Assembly: GCA_963708045.1 (NCBI GenBank)
Contig: OY970181.1
Span: 67,740-131,739, forward strand
Direction of reading: 5' to 3'
Length of the DNA: 64,000 nucleotides
Source: an uncultured bacterium
Lineage (GTDB): Bacteria; Patescibacteriota; Patescibacteriia; CAIQCM01
In this document: positions 50,786 through 59,908 of the stretch, piece by piece
Numbering within the stretch: the first letter of the stretch is position 1
Layout of the letters: every line of letters begins with the position of its first letter
The notes under the pieces: model-generated
What the model was told of the DNA's origin: nothing
What the model saw: the letters and a program-made list of their open reading frames with translations, nothing else
The model's database searches: none
Program-made: the position numbers and the translations under genes

Positions 50786-50995
50786 CGTCATCCCGAGCGA
50801 AGCGAGGGAACTCAAAGTCTCTAGGCAAGCTCCGTGATTCCTCGCCCTGGACAAACCGACCTCACAGGCTCGGAATGACGGCGGGGTGTTTGACGTCATC
50901 CCGAAGAGCCGAAGCGATGAGGGAACTCAACGTCTCTAAGTCGTCTGCGAGATCCCTCGCCTTGGACAAACCGACCTTACAGGCTCGGAATGACG
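50786..50995. repeat. Two tandem GTCATCCCGA...GGAATGAC palindromic elements
   Basis: Copies at 50786-50880 and 50894-50995 share TGGACAAACCGACCT.ACAGGCTCGGAATGACGGCG. Confidence 0.85.
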
Positions 50996-51084
50996 GCGAA
51001 CGGATTAGACATTAGGTATTAGATATTAGGTATTCATCGGGTGACTATTGTTCACGACAATGATCCGTTATAGAATATAAGAAT

Positions 51085-51504
51085 ATGTTAGAGCAACCAG
51101 AAATCCGCACTGACGAAAATGGCGAGTTCTTCTTTTACGCTCCGGAAAAAATCGCCGCTATTCATCCGATTGACGCGCCCGACGAAGGCGAACTTTCGGT
51201 TGATGTTTTTGAAACCGAAGACGCGCTTATTGTGCAATCCACCATCGCTGGCGCGCGCATTGAAGATCTTGAACTGTCGCTTCACAACGATATGTTCACG
51301 ATTCGCGGCACGCGACGCCACGAAATTCCCGTGACCGGCAAACTGCTTTGGGGCGAATGTTATTGGGGTCCGTTTTCCCGCTCAATTATTCTTCCTTCCG
51401 AAATCAAGGGCGACGAAGCGACCGCGATCTTGCGCGCTGGCGTTCTAACTGTTAATCTCCCCAAACGAAACCGCCGCACCATTCCGGTGGAAGAAGTAGA
51501 ATAG
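51085..51504 (+). CDS. Hsp20/alpha-crystallin family protein
   Basis: EGELSVDVFET, ECYWGPFSRSIILP, GVLTV.LPK. Confidence 0.92.
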   Translation: MLEQPEIRTDENGEFFFYAPEKIAAIHPIDAPDEGELSVDVFETEDALIVQSTIAGARIEDLELSLHNDMFTIRGTRRHEIPVTGKLLWGECYWGPFSRSIILPSEIKGDEATAILRAGVLTVNLPKRNRRTIPVEEVE

Positions 51505-51605
51505 TTAATTGAGACAATAGAGATTAGAGATTTGAAATTAGATTTTAGAAGACGAACGGACGGCTTCAACATTCAAATCTCAAATCTCTTATCTCAACAA
51601 AAAAA

Positions 51606-51902
51606 ATGGAAAACCTTACTGCAATCCAAGCACAAATTTTAGCCAAAGCCATTTCCGAGGAATGGGACAATCTCCCCAGCTCCGAAGAAGTTGAATACGG
51701 ACCAAACACCGAAAAAAAAGCTAACGCCGCCATTCTTAACGCTTTGCAAAGCGCGGAGGTTGTTGACGCTGGAATTAAATTAAACGGCGACGCGCTCACG
51801 GACTTAATCGGCCAATTTCAAGTGTACTTGGAGTCTGCTGAAAATCTTGCCGACCTTACCCGGATGGAAGACGAACTGGCCGCGCTTTTTGCCGCTGAAT
51901 AA
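51606..51902 (+). CDS. Small acidic hypothetical protein
   Basis: 98-aa ORF ending 3 bp upstream of the VanW gene. Confidence 0.7.
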   Translation: MENLTAIQAQILAKAISEEWDNLPSSEEVEYGPNTEKKANAAILNALQSAEVVDAGIKLNGDALTDLIGQFQVYLESAENLADLTRMEDELAALFAAE

Positions 51903-51905
51903 AAA

Positions 51906-53789
51906 ATGGAAACCGAAACACAAAAACCACAAAGGACTCGCCGACTCCTTGCTGTAGCCGGCGTTCTTTTTATTATCCTCATTGCGGCACCACCGATCGC
52001 TTATGCCATTTTTTATCATGAACGAATTATCCCTGGCGTTTATGTCGCCGGCGCTAATCTTAGCGGTCTCACCCAAAACGAAGCACGAACAAAAATAATT
52101 CAGACAATTGATAAAATAAAACTTCACGGAATTTTCGTTACAAATGGCGTTAAAACCATTCGCTTGGAAGACAAAACCGAATTTAACGCTGAAGACGCTC
52201 TGCACCAAGCTTATGAACTCGGCCGCGCCGGAAGTTTGCCAAGCCGACTCCGTGCCGCCACGAGCGCTGTTTTTTCCAACATCCATATTCCAATCTCCGG
52301 ATCGTTAGAGCCGACGCAGATGGATAAAATTTTAAAAGACAATTTTTCTGGCAACGAACGAAAAGCGATTGACGCAAAACTCGTCGTTAATATGAACGGC
52401 GAAAACTTTGTTTCGGCCGAAATTGTTCCAGAAAAATCCGGCTTAGCCTACGATTACGCGGATGCCGAGGCAAGAGTTCAGAAAATGCTTTTTTCTATGG
52501 AAATAGAAACGGTAAAGATAAAAGAAATCACCATCCCGCCAACGCTTAGCCAAAACGATGTCGCCCTCTTTACAACGCTTGTGCCAAACGCCATTCGTCT
52601 TGCTCCCTTAACCATTCAAGCCGAAGATAAAAAAATAATTTTAACAGCCAGCAAGCTGGCGAAACTTTTGACCGTTAATAAAAACAATGGTTCGGTAGCA
52701 CTCGTCTTGGACGAATCAGCAACGCAAACTTTTTTAAAAAATCTTTCTGACGCCTATGATATTCCGGCCAAGGACACGTATTTAGAAATTGACCCGGCAA
52801 CCAACCGCATGACCAGCTTAAAAGCCGGCCGCGACGGACGCCGCGTCAACGCCGAAAAAACTTTTGCCGCACTAAACGATACTTTTAAAACAGCGCTCGC
52901 GGGAAACACCTCCGCAAAAAACATTAGTGCTGTAACCGAAACGGCAAAATCGCAAGTCATTTCCGATTCCGCGGCCGCGCTCGGCATAAAAGAAGTTCTT
53001 GGCACCGGCCGCTCTAACTACAAAGTTTCGTCGGCTAACCGGATAAAAAATATTGCAAACGGCGTCGCCAAACTTAACGGACGTCTGATCGCGCCCGATG
53101 AAGTTTTTTCAATGATCGGTGCGCTTTCGCCTTTTACCATTGAAGGCGGCTATGTTCCCGAGTTGGTTATTCTTGGCGATTCGCTTAAACCAGAAATCGG
53201 CGGCGGCCTTTGCCAAATTGGCACGACTACCTTTCGCGCGGCAATGAATTCCGGTTTGCCGATTTTGGAACGACAAAATCATTCGCTCGTTATTAGTCAC
53301 TATTTAGATCCACAAAACAACCAACCTGGAACGGACGCGACTATTTACGACCCTGCACCTGACTTAAAATTTAAAAACGATACCGGACACTGGCTTCTTT
53401 TCACCGCCGATATGAATACCAAAACCGGCGACTTGGCCTTTAGTTTTTGGGGAACACCCGACGGACGGCGTGGCTCATATTCCGCGCCCAAAGTCAGCGA
53501 ATGGATAAATTATCCGCCCGAAATAAAAAATATTGAAACCGATACGCTTGCTCCAGGAAAAACTACCTGTCAAAATCCTTTCCGCGGCGCCAACGCTTCG
53601 TTCGTTTACACGATAGAATTTGCCGACGGCACTAAAAAAGAAAAAACCTTTGTCTCACACTACAAACCGCTCCAGAAAATTTGTATGGTTGGCAAGGCCG
53701 CACCGGAAATTGCCATTCCCCCATCGGACGCTGCGGCGCCCGCACCAACCGAACCAATTCTTCCACCCGAAGCGGCGGTTGGAAACTAG
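51906..53789 (+). CDS. VanW family protein with peptidoglycan-binding repeats
   Basis: GGGLCQIGTTTFRAA..SGLPILER.NHS, GTDATIY, DLKFKNDT. Confidence 0.92.
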   Translation: METETQKPQRTRRLLAVAGVLFIILIAAPPIAYAIFYHERIIPGVYVAGANLSGLTQNEARTKIIQTIDKIKLHGIFVTNGVKTIRLEDKTEFNAEDALHQAYELGRAGSLPSRLRAATSAVFSNIHIPISGSLEPTQMDKILKDNFSGNERKAIDAKLVVNMNGENFVSAEIVPEKSGLAYDYADAEARVQKMLFSMEIETVKIKEITIPPTLSQNDVALFTTLVPNAIRLAPLTIQAEDKKIILTASKLAKLLTVNKNNGSVALVLDESATQTFLKNLSDAYDIPAKDTYLEIDPATNRMTSLKAGRDGRRVNAEKTFAALNDTFKTALAGNTSAKNISAVTETAKSQVISDSAAALGIKEVLGTGRSNYKVSSANRIKNIANGVAKLNGRLIAPDEVFSMIGALSPFTIEGGYVPELVILGDSLKPEIGGGLCQIGTTTFRAAMNSGLPILERQNHSLVISHYLDPQNNQPGTDATIYDPAPDLKFKNDTGHWLLFTADMNTKTGDLAFSFWGTPDGRRGSYSAPKVSEWINYPPEIKNIETDTLAPGKTTCQNPFRGANASFVYTIEFADGTKKEKTFVSHYKPLQKICMVGKAAPEIAIPPSDAAAPAPTEPILPPEAAVGN

Positions 53790-53861
53790 CTCACCTTCGT
53801 TATTACGAGGAATAAAACAGGCCGTTCCCTTGTCGGGAGCGGCCTTGTTGTAAGCCTCCTT

Positions 53862-54593
53862 TTACTTTTTGAAAAGAAAGTCCGAAATAGCGAACCCGAG
53901 TCCGCCGGTGGCTTGTTTTGAACCATCAAGCTCAAACCAAATTACCAAATGAAGAATTTCGTATCCAATCTCAATACTATTCCGCCAAGCCGCGCCACTA
54001 GAAATTGAGACACGATTCTTAAGTTCCGAACCGTTTGGACAGTCGCGACAATCAACACCTCGGTAGGTTTTAACGTCAAGTTCGTATCTCCGCACCGAGA
54101 GTGAATACTGAATCATCTGCTTGATACCAAGTGTGGTATCGTTCATGAATCCAATAGTAAAACCAATGGACGGCCCGCGGATAATACCAACGTCTTCGGC
54201 TGGAACCAAATTCCACCAATGCATTGTTGTTGAACGAATTATCTGTCGGTTGTATTTGTTACCAGCATTCATACCGTTCAAACCGAAAGAAACATAGGTG
54301 CTGGTCAACCCAAGATAAAACCGATCGTCAAGGCGCTCGCGAAAATCAATGGCAAATTCCAACAAACCCGTCGTTGTTTTATTGTCCGTATCAGTAATCA
54401 TCTCTCCACCTGCCGGCAAAAAATCATTCGGGTCAACTACTGGCGGTTTCTTATATTCTTCACTTGACGACCACGCCGCGACAATGGATCCGCTGTGCGT
54501 GAGCGAGGTGTTTTGGCCAAGCTTAAGCGTGTAGCAGCCCGAAACAAAAATAACAACTATAACAAACAACGCCTTATTGCCAATTCGTGACAT
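53862..54593 (-). CDS. Hypothetical lipoprotein-like protein
   Basis: Lipobox-like VSGC after a hydrophobic stretch; 243 aa. Confidence 0.65.
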   Translation of the reverse strand: MSRIGNKALFVIVVIFVSGCYTLKLGQNTSLTHSGSIVAAWSSSEEYKKPPVVDPNDFLPAGGEMITDTDNKTTTGLLEFAIDFRERLDDRFYLGLTSTYVSFGLNGMNAGNKYNRQIIRSTTMHWWNLVPAEDVGIIRGPSIGFTIGFMNDTTLGIKQMIQYSLSVRRYELDVKTYRGVDCRDCPNGSELKNRVSISSGAAWRNSIEIGYEILHLVIWFELDGSKQATGGLGFAISDFLFKK

Positions 54594-54750
54594 GACACAT
54601 CCCTTTCTAATGCCTTGCGAGCATTTTGACGGAGTTATAATTCAATAAGTTAAAGAGCTAGCTTTAAACCCTAAACCCACACCTAAAAAGTGTCAACCTT
54701 AACGGTGTCGTTTAGTATAAAATTTTGTTATACTGTAAGCATAATTTTCT

Positions 54751-56916
54751 ATGCTAAGAAGGATCGCGATTGTTGCCGCGTTAATCGTTTGGATAGCAGC
54801 CAACCTGTTATTTTTTTATTGGTATCACCAGCTGATTGGTCTGAGTTTTTCTTTGCCTTCGGCTATAGTTATTATTATCGCGAGCGCTTGGTTTTTTTCA
54901 ATCGCTTATTTTGTGCCACGCCTCGCCGTTCGGTTTTTTTTAAGCGGAACCGTTGCCATAATCCTTGCCTGGACACTCGTCAACTTTGCATATTTTAAAA
55001 TTTTTGGAACTTTTTTGCCGCTTACCTCAAGCCGACTGATGTCGCTCAATTTGCCGATGCTACGCCTCGTTCACGACTTTGCCTACACTGTTCCCCTACC
55101 GCTTTCGCTCGCGGCGCTCGGGCTAGTTATTTATTATTTTGCAATCGGGCGCTTACTAAAAATTCCCAAAGAAGACGAGATGACCGTTCTTTTTGCGTCG
55201 GCGGAAAACCAAATCACCTCAATCAGTTTTAGAAAAAAATTTAAAAAAACTTTTATCACCATTGGCGTTGCGACTCAGCTTGGCGTTTTCTTGCTTATGT
55301 CCGCGACGATCACCGACATTAGGCGCGACGCGCGCGCCACCGACCCGACCACTGTTCTCTCTAAAATCGGCCTGATTGGTTTTGCGCTTGCGAGCGGCGC
55401 CGACCCGGGCCCACAATCCGAAAACGGCGTCGCCCGACCAAAAGAAAATAATTTTTCCTCGCTCTCGGGCGCCAAAGGAAACATTGCCTCGCTCCGCGAG
55501 TCGCTTGCCAAGCTAAATTCCGATGCCGAAAAATCTGCCAATCTTAAACGGCCGGTTCCGCCAAAAACGCCGCACTTAATTTTTTACCAAATGGAGTCCG
55601 CGGATAGCTGGCCGCTTTACCAAAACCCGACGCCAATGCCTTTTCTCGCGTCGCTTATGGAAAAATACGGAACAGTAAATGATTATTTTGCGAACGGCTG
55701 TACCACCGTGGACGCCGAGTTTTCTATAAACTGCGGCTTCTTGCCCGAAACCTACGGCCCCGTTAGCGACTTGTATTCAAAAAATTCTTATAACTGCTTA
55801 CCATCAATCCTCAAAGACAAAGGGTATCGCACGTCTATTTATCACGCGAACGACAGTTCTTTTTGGGCACGCGCGACACTCGCGCCAGCTTGGGGTTTTG
55901 ACAATTTAAATTTTGAACCAGTTTTTAAAAACCGCGAACCGGACAGCGCGATTTTTGATCGCGTTGTCTCCGACCTTAAAGCCGCAAACGAACCGACAAT
56001 GCAATATGTAATCGGGATGACCGGCCACGCGCCGCACGACGAACATTTTCAAAGATTTTATAACGATAGTTATCATTTAGACGTCCAGCCATACGCCGGC
56101 GAATTAAATTTGTCGTCGCAAGCAATGAACATAGACGAGCCAACACTGCGCCTTTACTTGGGCTTTCTTAAAGCGACCGACAACGGCCTTAAGCATCTTT
56201 TTGACCGCCTAACCCAAGAAGGATTACTAGACGAAACCGTGGTTATAATTTATGGCGACCATCGCTACTACCAAGCCAGCTCTGGCAACGCGGAAAAAGA
56301 TTTTCTTCTTTATAACCGTATTCCAATGGTAATCGCGATGCCGAATGCTGAAAAAATCGCTTGGCCAAAAATTGCGAGCCATCTTGATATCGCGCCGACG
56401 ATTTACGATTACCTCACAAGCGGCAAAGAAACCCTTCCGCCGACCTTTCTTGGCACTAGTTTATTTTCTTCCGCGCACGCGAACGCGGCGATAAACAAAT
56501 GTCTTGGCCGCGCCAGTTATTACGATGGCAATACACTTGCTGACAACAATGTTTCTTTGCGCACTTTTAAAATCACGAATTTCCGCGGCACAACGACGAG
56601 CGACAAACAGACAACAATAGAAAACGAACTTGCAAGCATTGCTAGCGCAAGCGACCTTTTGTTTGCTAGAAACTTACTTCACGAAAACGCCATCGTGAGT
56701 TCACCAGATGCAGAAGTGGGTGCCCCTCTGCCCGAACAAAATTCCGCCGACGCGAATACCGACACTGACCACGATGGTTTGTCTGACCTACGCGAAAAAG
56801 CGCTTGGCACTGATCGGAACAATCCCGATACTGATGGCGATGGTTTTACCGATGGCAATGAGGTTATGAACGGTTTTGATCCATTGGGACCTGGGAAAAA
56901 GTTAATGGAAAATTAA
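54751..56916 (+). CDS. LTA synthase/sulfatase family membrane protein with C-terminal TSP3-like Ca-binding repeats
   Basis: About 5 TMs, QMES, TVDAEF, YGDH, SHLDIAPTI; DTDHDGLSD..E...GTD..NPDTDGDG. Confidence 0.88.
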   Translation: MLRRIAIVAALIVWIAANLLFFYWYHQLIGLSFSLPSAIVIIIASAWFFSIAYFVPRLAVRFFLSGTVAIILAWTLVNFAYFKIFGTFLPLTSSRLMSLNLPMLRLVHDFAYTVPLPLSLAALGLVIYYFAIGRLLKIPKEDEMTVLFASAENQITSISFRKKFKKTFITIGVATQLGVFLLMSATITDIRRDARATDPTTVLSKIGLIGFALASGADPGPQSENGVARPKENNFSSLSGAKGNIASLRESLAKLNSDAEKSANLKRPVPPKTPHLIFYQMESADSWPLYQNPTPMPFLASLMEKYGTVNDYFANGCTTVDAEFSINCGFLPETYGPVSDLYSKNSYNCLPSILKDKGYRTSIYHANDSSFWARATLAPAWGFDNLNFEPVFKNREPDSAIFDRVVSDLKAANEPTMQYVIGMTGHAPHDEHFQRFYNDSYHLDVQPYAGELNLSSQAMNIDEPTLRLYLGFLKATDNGLKHLFDRLTQEGLLDETVVIIYGDHRYYQASSGNAEKDFLLYNRIPMVIAMPNAEKIAWPKIASHLDIAPTIYDYLTSGKETLPPTFLGTSLFSSAHANAAINKCLGRASYYDGNTLADNNVSLRTFKITNFRGTTTSDKQTTIENELASIASASDLLFARNLLHENAIVSSPDAEVGAPLPEQNSADANTDTDHDGLSDLREKALGTDRNNPDTDGDGFTDGNEVMNGFDPLGPGKKLMEN

Positions 56917-57129
56917 CACGCAAAAACCCTCTCCCGGCCTTCGGCCAGCTGAGCTGGCCTGCGGACCACCCTCCCCCATTTTTGGGGGAGGGTTTTAAAA
57001 ATACGAAGCCGCATCTAACAAAAACCGCTCCGATAAATATCGGAGCGGTTTTTGTTAGTAAGTATTAAGTATATTTATACCGTCGCAAACAACAACTAAT
57101 TTAATTATTCCTTAAATAAATTAAACAGA

Positions 57130-57528
57130 CTATAAACTATAATCTGGGAGTTTTTCTGGTATTACTGGATTACGAATAGCATTTATTCGTGATCGCAAGT
57201 CTGCTTGAAGATTTGCGACGAACTTTTGTTTATCGTCCGCTGCAACATATGCCTCTTTTAATTCACCGAACTTAAGTGCAAGATCCTGCCATTTTTCGTC
57301 CGGCACCCGCGAATTAAGCGCCTCGGCATGTAGCAATACCATGAAAGCCTTACTTCCTGGAAACGACTCGCCGTCTTGAAGAGTTGGTCTTATCAGACCG
57401 ATTTCCAACTCGGCATCTGTTAGAGCGTGATCCTCGTCAACTGTTAGAGCATGCTCAAAGCTCATTTTACTTTCTTGGACGCCAGTTTCAGATCCTGGTT
57501 GTTCTGGAGAGCCATGTCTTTCGTTCAT
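57130..57528 (-). CDS. Hypothetical protein
   Basis: 132 aa, preceded by a TTGACA..TAGAAT promoter-like site. Confidence 0.7.
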   Translation of the reverse strand: MNERHGSPEQPGSETGVQESKMSFEHALTVDEDHALTDAELEIGLIRPTLQDGESFPGSKAFMVLLHAEALNSRVPDEKWQDLALKFGELKEAYVAADDKQKFVANLQADLRSRINAIRNPVIPEKLPDYSL

Positions 57529-57662
57529 AAAAAATAATTAATTATTATTGTATTATTCTACAATATTTTATCTAGATTGTCAAGATAAATGTATGTCCGA
57601 GTACCCTTCCTCCCGCAAAAACCTTAACGCTGCCGTCCGAAGGACGCAGCGTTCTAGATAAC

Positions 57663-57845
57663 AAAAACACCTCCACTTTATTAAGTGGAGGTGTTTTTTA
57701 TCACATACAGGGGGTCGCGCCCAAGAAGTTTGGTACAAGGGAATGTTGAGCCGGAGCCCACGCAATCCTAAAAACCAAACCCCATGCTTGTCGTGGGCGC
57801 GACCGCTATTTGCGAATTTAGTTCGCTTAGCAGCCGTGCGAGCAA
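57663..57845 (-). ncRNA. Candidate structured ncRNA (6S-like size)
   Basis: TTGACA-17-TATTTT promoter (57880-57852), 11-bp stem GGTCGCGCCCA/TGGGCGCGACC, terminator 57663-57699, no credible ORF. Confidence 0.5.
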
Positions 57846-57935
57846 CAACTAAAAATACCATAACTATGCCGAACTGTCAAGTCCCGTATATTTATACGCA
57901 AAAGCCGCCCGTTTGGGCGGCTTTTAAAATCTATT

Positions 57936-58535
57936 TTATGCCCTATTTTTCAACACTTTATCAGCCAAGCCGTAGGCGACGGCTTCTTCGGCGGTCATAA
58001 AGTAATCACGATCGGCGTCTTTTTCAACTTTGGAAAACGACTGTCCGGTGTGACCGGCCAAAATTTCATTAAGACGCTTTTTAAGTTTTATAATCCGACG
58101 CGCCGAAATTTCTATGTCCGAGGCCTGACCCTGCGCTCCGCCCATTACTTGGTGAATCATTACTTCGGAATTAGGCAAAACAAAACGTTTGCCTTTGGTG
58201 CCAGCGGCGAGAAGCACCGAGGCCATTGAAGCGGCCATTCCAATACAGATTGTGGAAATGTCCGACTTTACGTATTGCATTGTGTCGTAAATCGCCATTC
58301 CCGACGTCACCGATCCGCCCGGCGAATTGATATAAAGTTTGATGTCTTTGGTCTTGTCTTGTGACTCCAAAAACAAAATTTGCGCGATCACGGCATTCGC
58401 CACGTCGTCGTCAATCGTGTCGCCAAGAAAAATAATCCGGTCTTTAAGCAGACGCGAATAGATATCGTAGGCCCGCTCGCCAAATTGCGATTTTTCTATG
58501 ACAGTGGGGATGAGGGTGTAGTTTGATGGTTTCAT
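57936..58535 (-). CDS. clpP: ATP-dependent Clp protease proteolytic subunit
   Basis: [37 protein letters not shown]. Confidence 0.97.
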   Translation of the reverse strand: MKPSNYTLIPTVIEKSQFGERAYDIYSRLLKDRIIFLGDTIDDDVANAVIAQILFLESQDKTKDIKLYINSPGGSVTSGMAIYDTMQYVKSDISTICIGMAASMASVLLAAGTKGKRFVLPNSEVMIHQVMGGAQGQASDIEISARRIIKLKKRLNEILAGHTGQSFSKVEKDADRDYFMTAEEAVAYGLADKVLKNRA

Positions 58536-58602
58536 ATTTTCTAATAATTTAATCTTTAAACCAGCGTTAATATTTTCTTGTTGAAAATATCTAATTTTAC
58601 GC

Positions 58603-58724
58603 CGTCATTCCGAGCCCGTAAGGTCGTTTTGTCCAGGGCTCGGCCGAGCTCAGCTCGGCGAGGGATCTCGCAGACGACTTAGAGACGTTGGGTTCCCTCA
58701 TCGCTCCCACTCTTCGGGATGACG
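58603..58724. repeat. Reverse-orientation copy of the 50894-50995 element
   Basis: GAGGGATCTCGCAGACGACTTAGAGACGTTG is the reverse complement of a tract in 50894-50995; carries an extra internal palindrome. Confidence 0.85.
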
Positions 58725-58788
58725 CCAGAGGATTAGATATTAGGTATTCATAATCACTCGTATATAAAAACTAGCACCAAAAAATGAT

Positions 58789-59760
58789 TTAGTCTACGGA
58801 AACACTCCACTCATTTTCCATCTCAACAATCTTTCCTTTAACAACAAACCCTGCGGCTTTGCGGTGGCCACCGCCGCCCCAGCGGAGTGCTTCGGCTGCG
58901 ACGTCAATGTCTTCGCGTGCTGTGCGCAAGCTCCCCTTTATCGTTCCGTCGTCGTTTTCGCGCAAAACCAAAACCGTTCGCGCTGGGAGGACACTGTTTA
59001 AAAAATTAGAAAGACCACCAAGGGCGTCTTCGTCTATGCAAAGCAAAGCCGTTTCTTCGGCGTAAAGAACGGTGGAGGCGCGACCAAGATCGGTGTTGTA
59101 CTTTAATCGCTCTAGCGCTTTACCCCAAAGCGAGAGTGATTCTATGGATTTATTTCTAACAACCAGACGGGAAACAAAATGGCGGTCGGCGCCGAGCGCT
59201 TCTAGGCGCGACGCGACGGCGAGCGATTCGGCAGTTGTCGCCGGATTAAAAAACATCATCGTATCGTGAATAACGCCGGCGAGCATATTTGTTGCCGCGT
59301 CCTCGGAAGCGGTATGACCAAAACATTCGTAGACGCCAAAAATAATTTCGGTCGTAGAAGCGGCCGTCGGAATTACCAAATTCACATCGCCAAAAAATTC
59401 GTTAGCGCCGTGATGGTCAATATTAACAATAAACGGACGCGGTGAAAGCGAAGGAATCACCTTATCCATACCGGCGAACTTTAAATCGCTCGCGTCCAAA
59501 ACCACGATAGCGTCAGCGTTAGAAAAGACGCCAAGGTCGGCGGTAAACTTTTTGGAATTTGGCAATTCCACAAGCGACAATGGAACCGGATCGGACGAAA
59601 AACAAGCCACAGTTTTGCCTCGTTTTTCTAAAAGGTCGGCGAGCGCCAGCGCCGCGCCAAGCGTGTCCGCATCAGGCCGACGATGTGAAACCGTAACAAT
59701 TCGGTTGGCTTTGTTAAGCGCCGAAACGACCGCGTTAAATTGAATCGTGTTTGAAGTCAT
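58789..59760 (-). CDS. nrnA: DHH/DHHA1 phosphoesterase (NrnA-like)
   Basis: H.RPDAD..G, IDHH, HDT..F, GGGGH..AAG. Start at MTSN. Confidence 0.88.
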   Translation of the reverse strand: MTSNTIQFNAVVSALNKANRIVTVSHRRPDADTLGAALALADLLEKRGKTVACFSSDPVPLSLVELPNSKKFTADLGVFSNADAIVVLDASDLKFAGMDKVIPSLSPRPFIVNIDHHGANEFFGDVNLVIPTAASTTEIIFGVYECFGHTASEDAATNMLAGVIHDTMMFFNPATTAESLAVASRLEALGADRHFVSRLVVRNKSIESLSLWGKALERLKYNTDLGRASTVLYAEETALLCIDEDALGGLSNFLNSVLPARTVLVLRENDDGTIKGSLRTAREDIDVAAEALRWGGGGHRKAAGFVVKGKIVEMENEWSVSVD

Positions 59761-59908
59761 CCAGACACAATACGGCCATATTTTTGCCTTGTCAATGGGC
59801 GGCCTTTGGCCGTAAAATGAAACATGAAGCACGCAACATGAAACATCACCATCCCGCTTCGCGGGGTTAATGTGTTTTATGCTTCATGTTTCATGCTTCA
59901 TACCTTAT

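Noticed and set aside
50786-50995. CRISPR array
   Set aside because: Only two ~100-bp palindromic units, no unique spacers, and no cas genes in the window.
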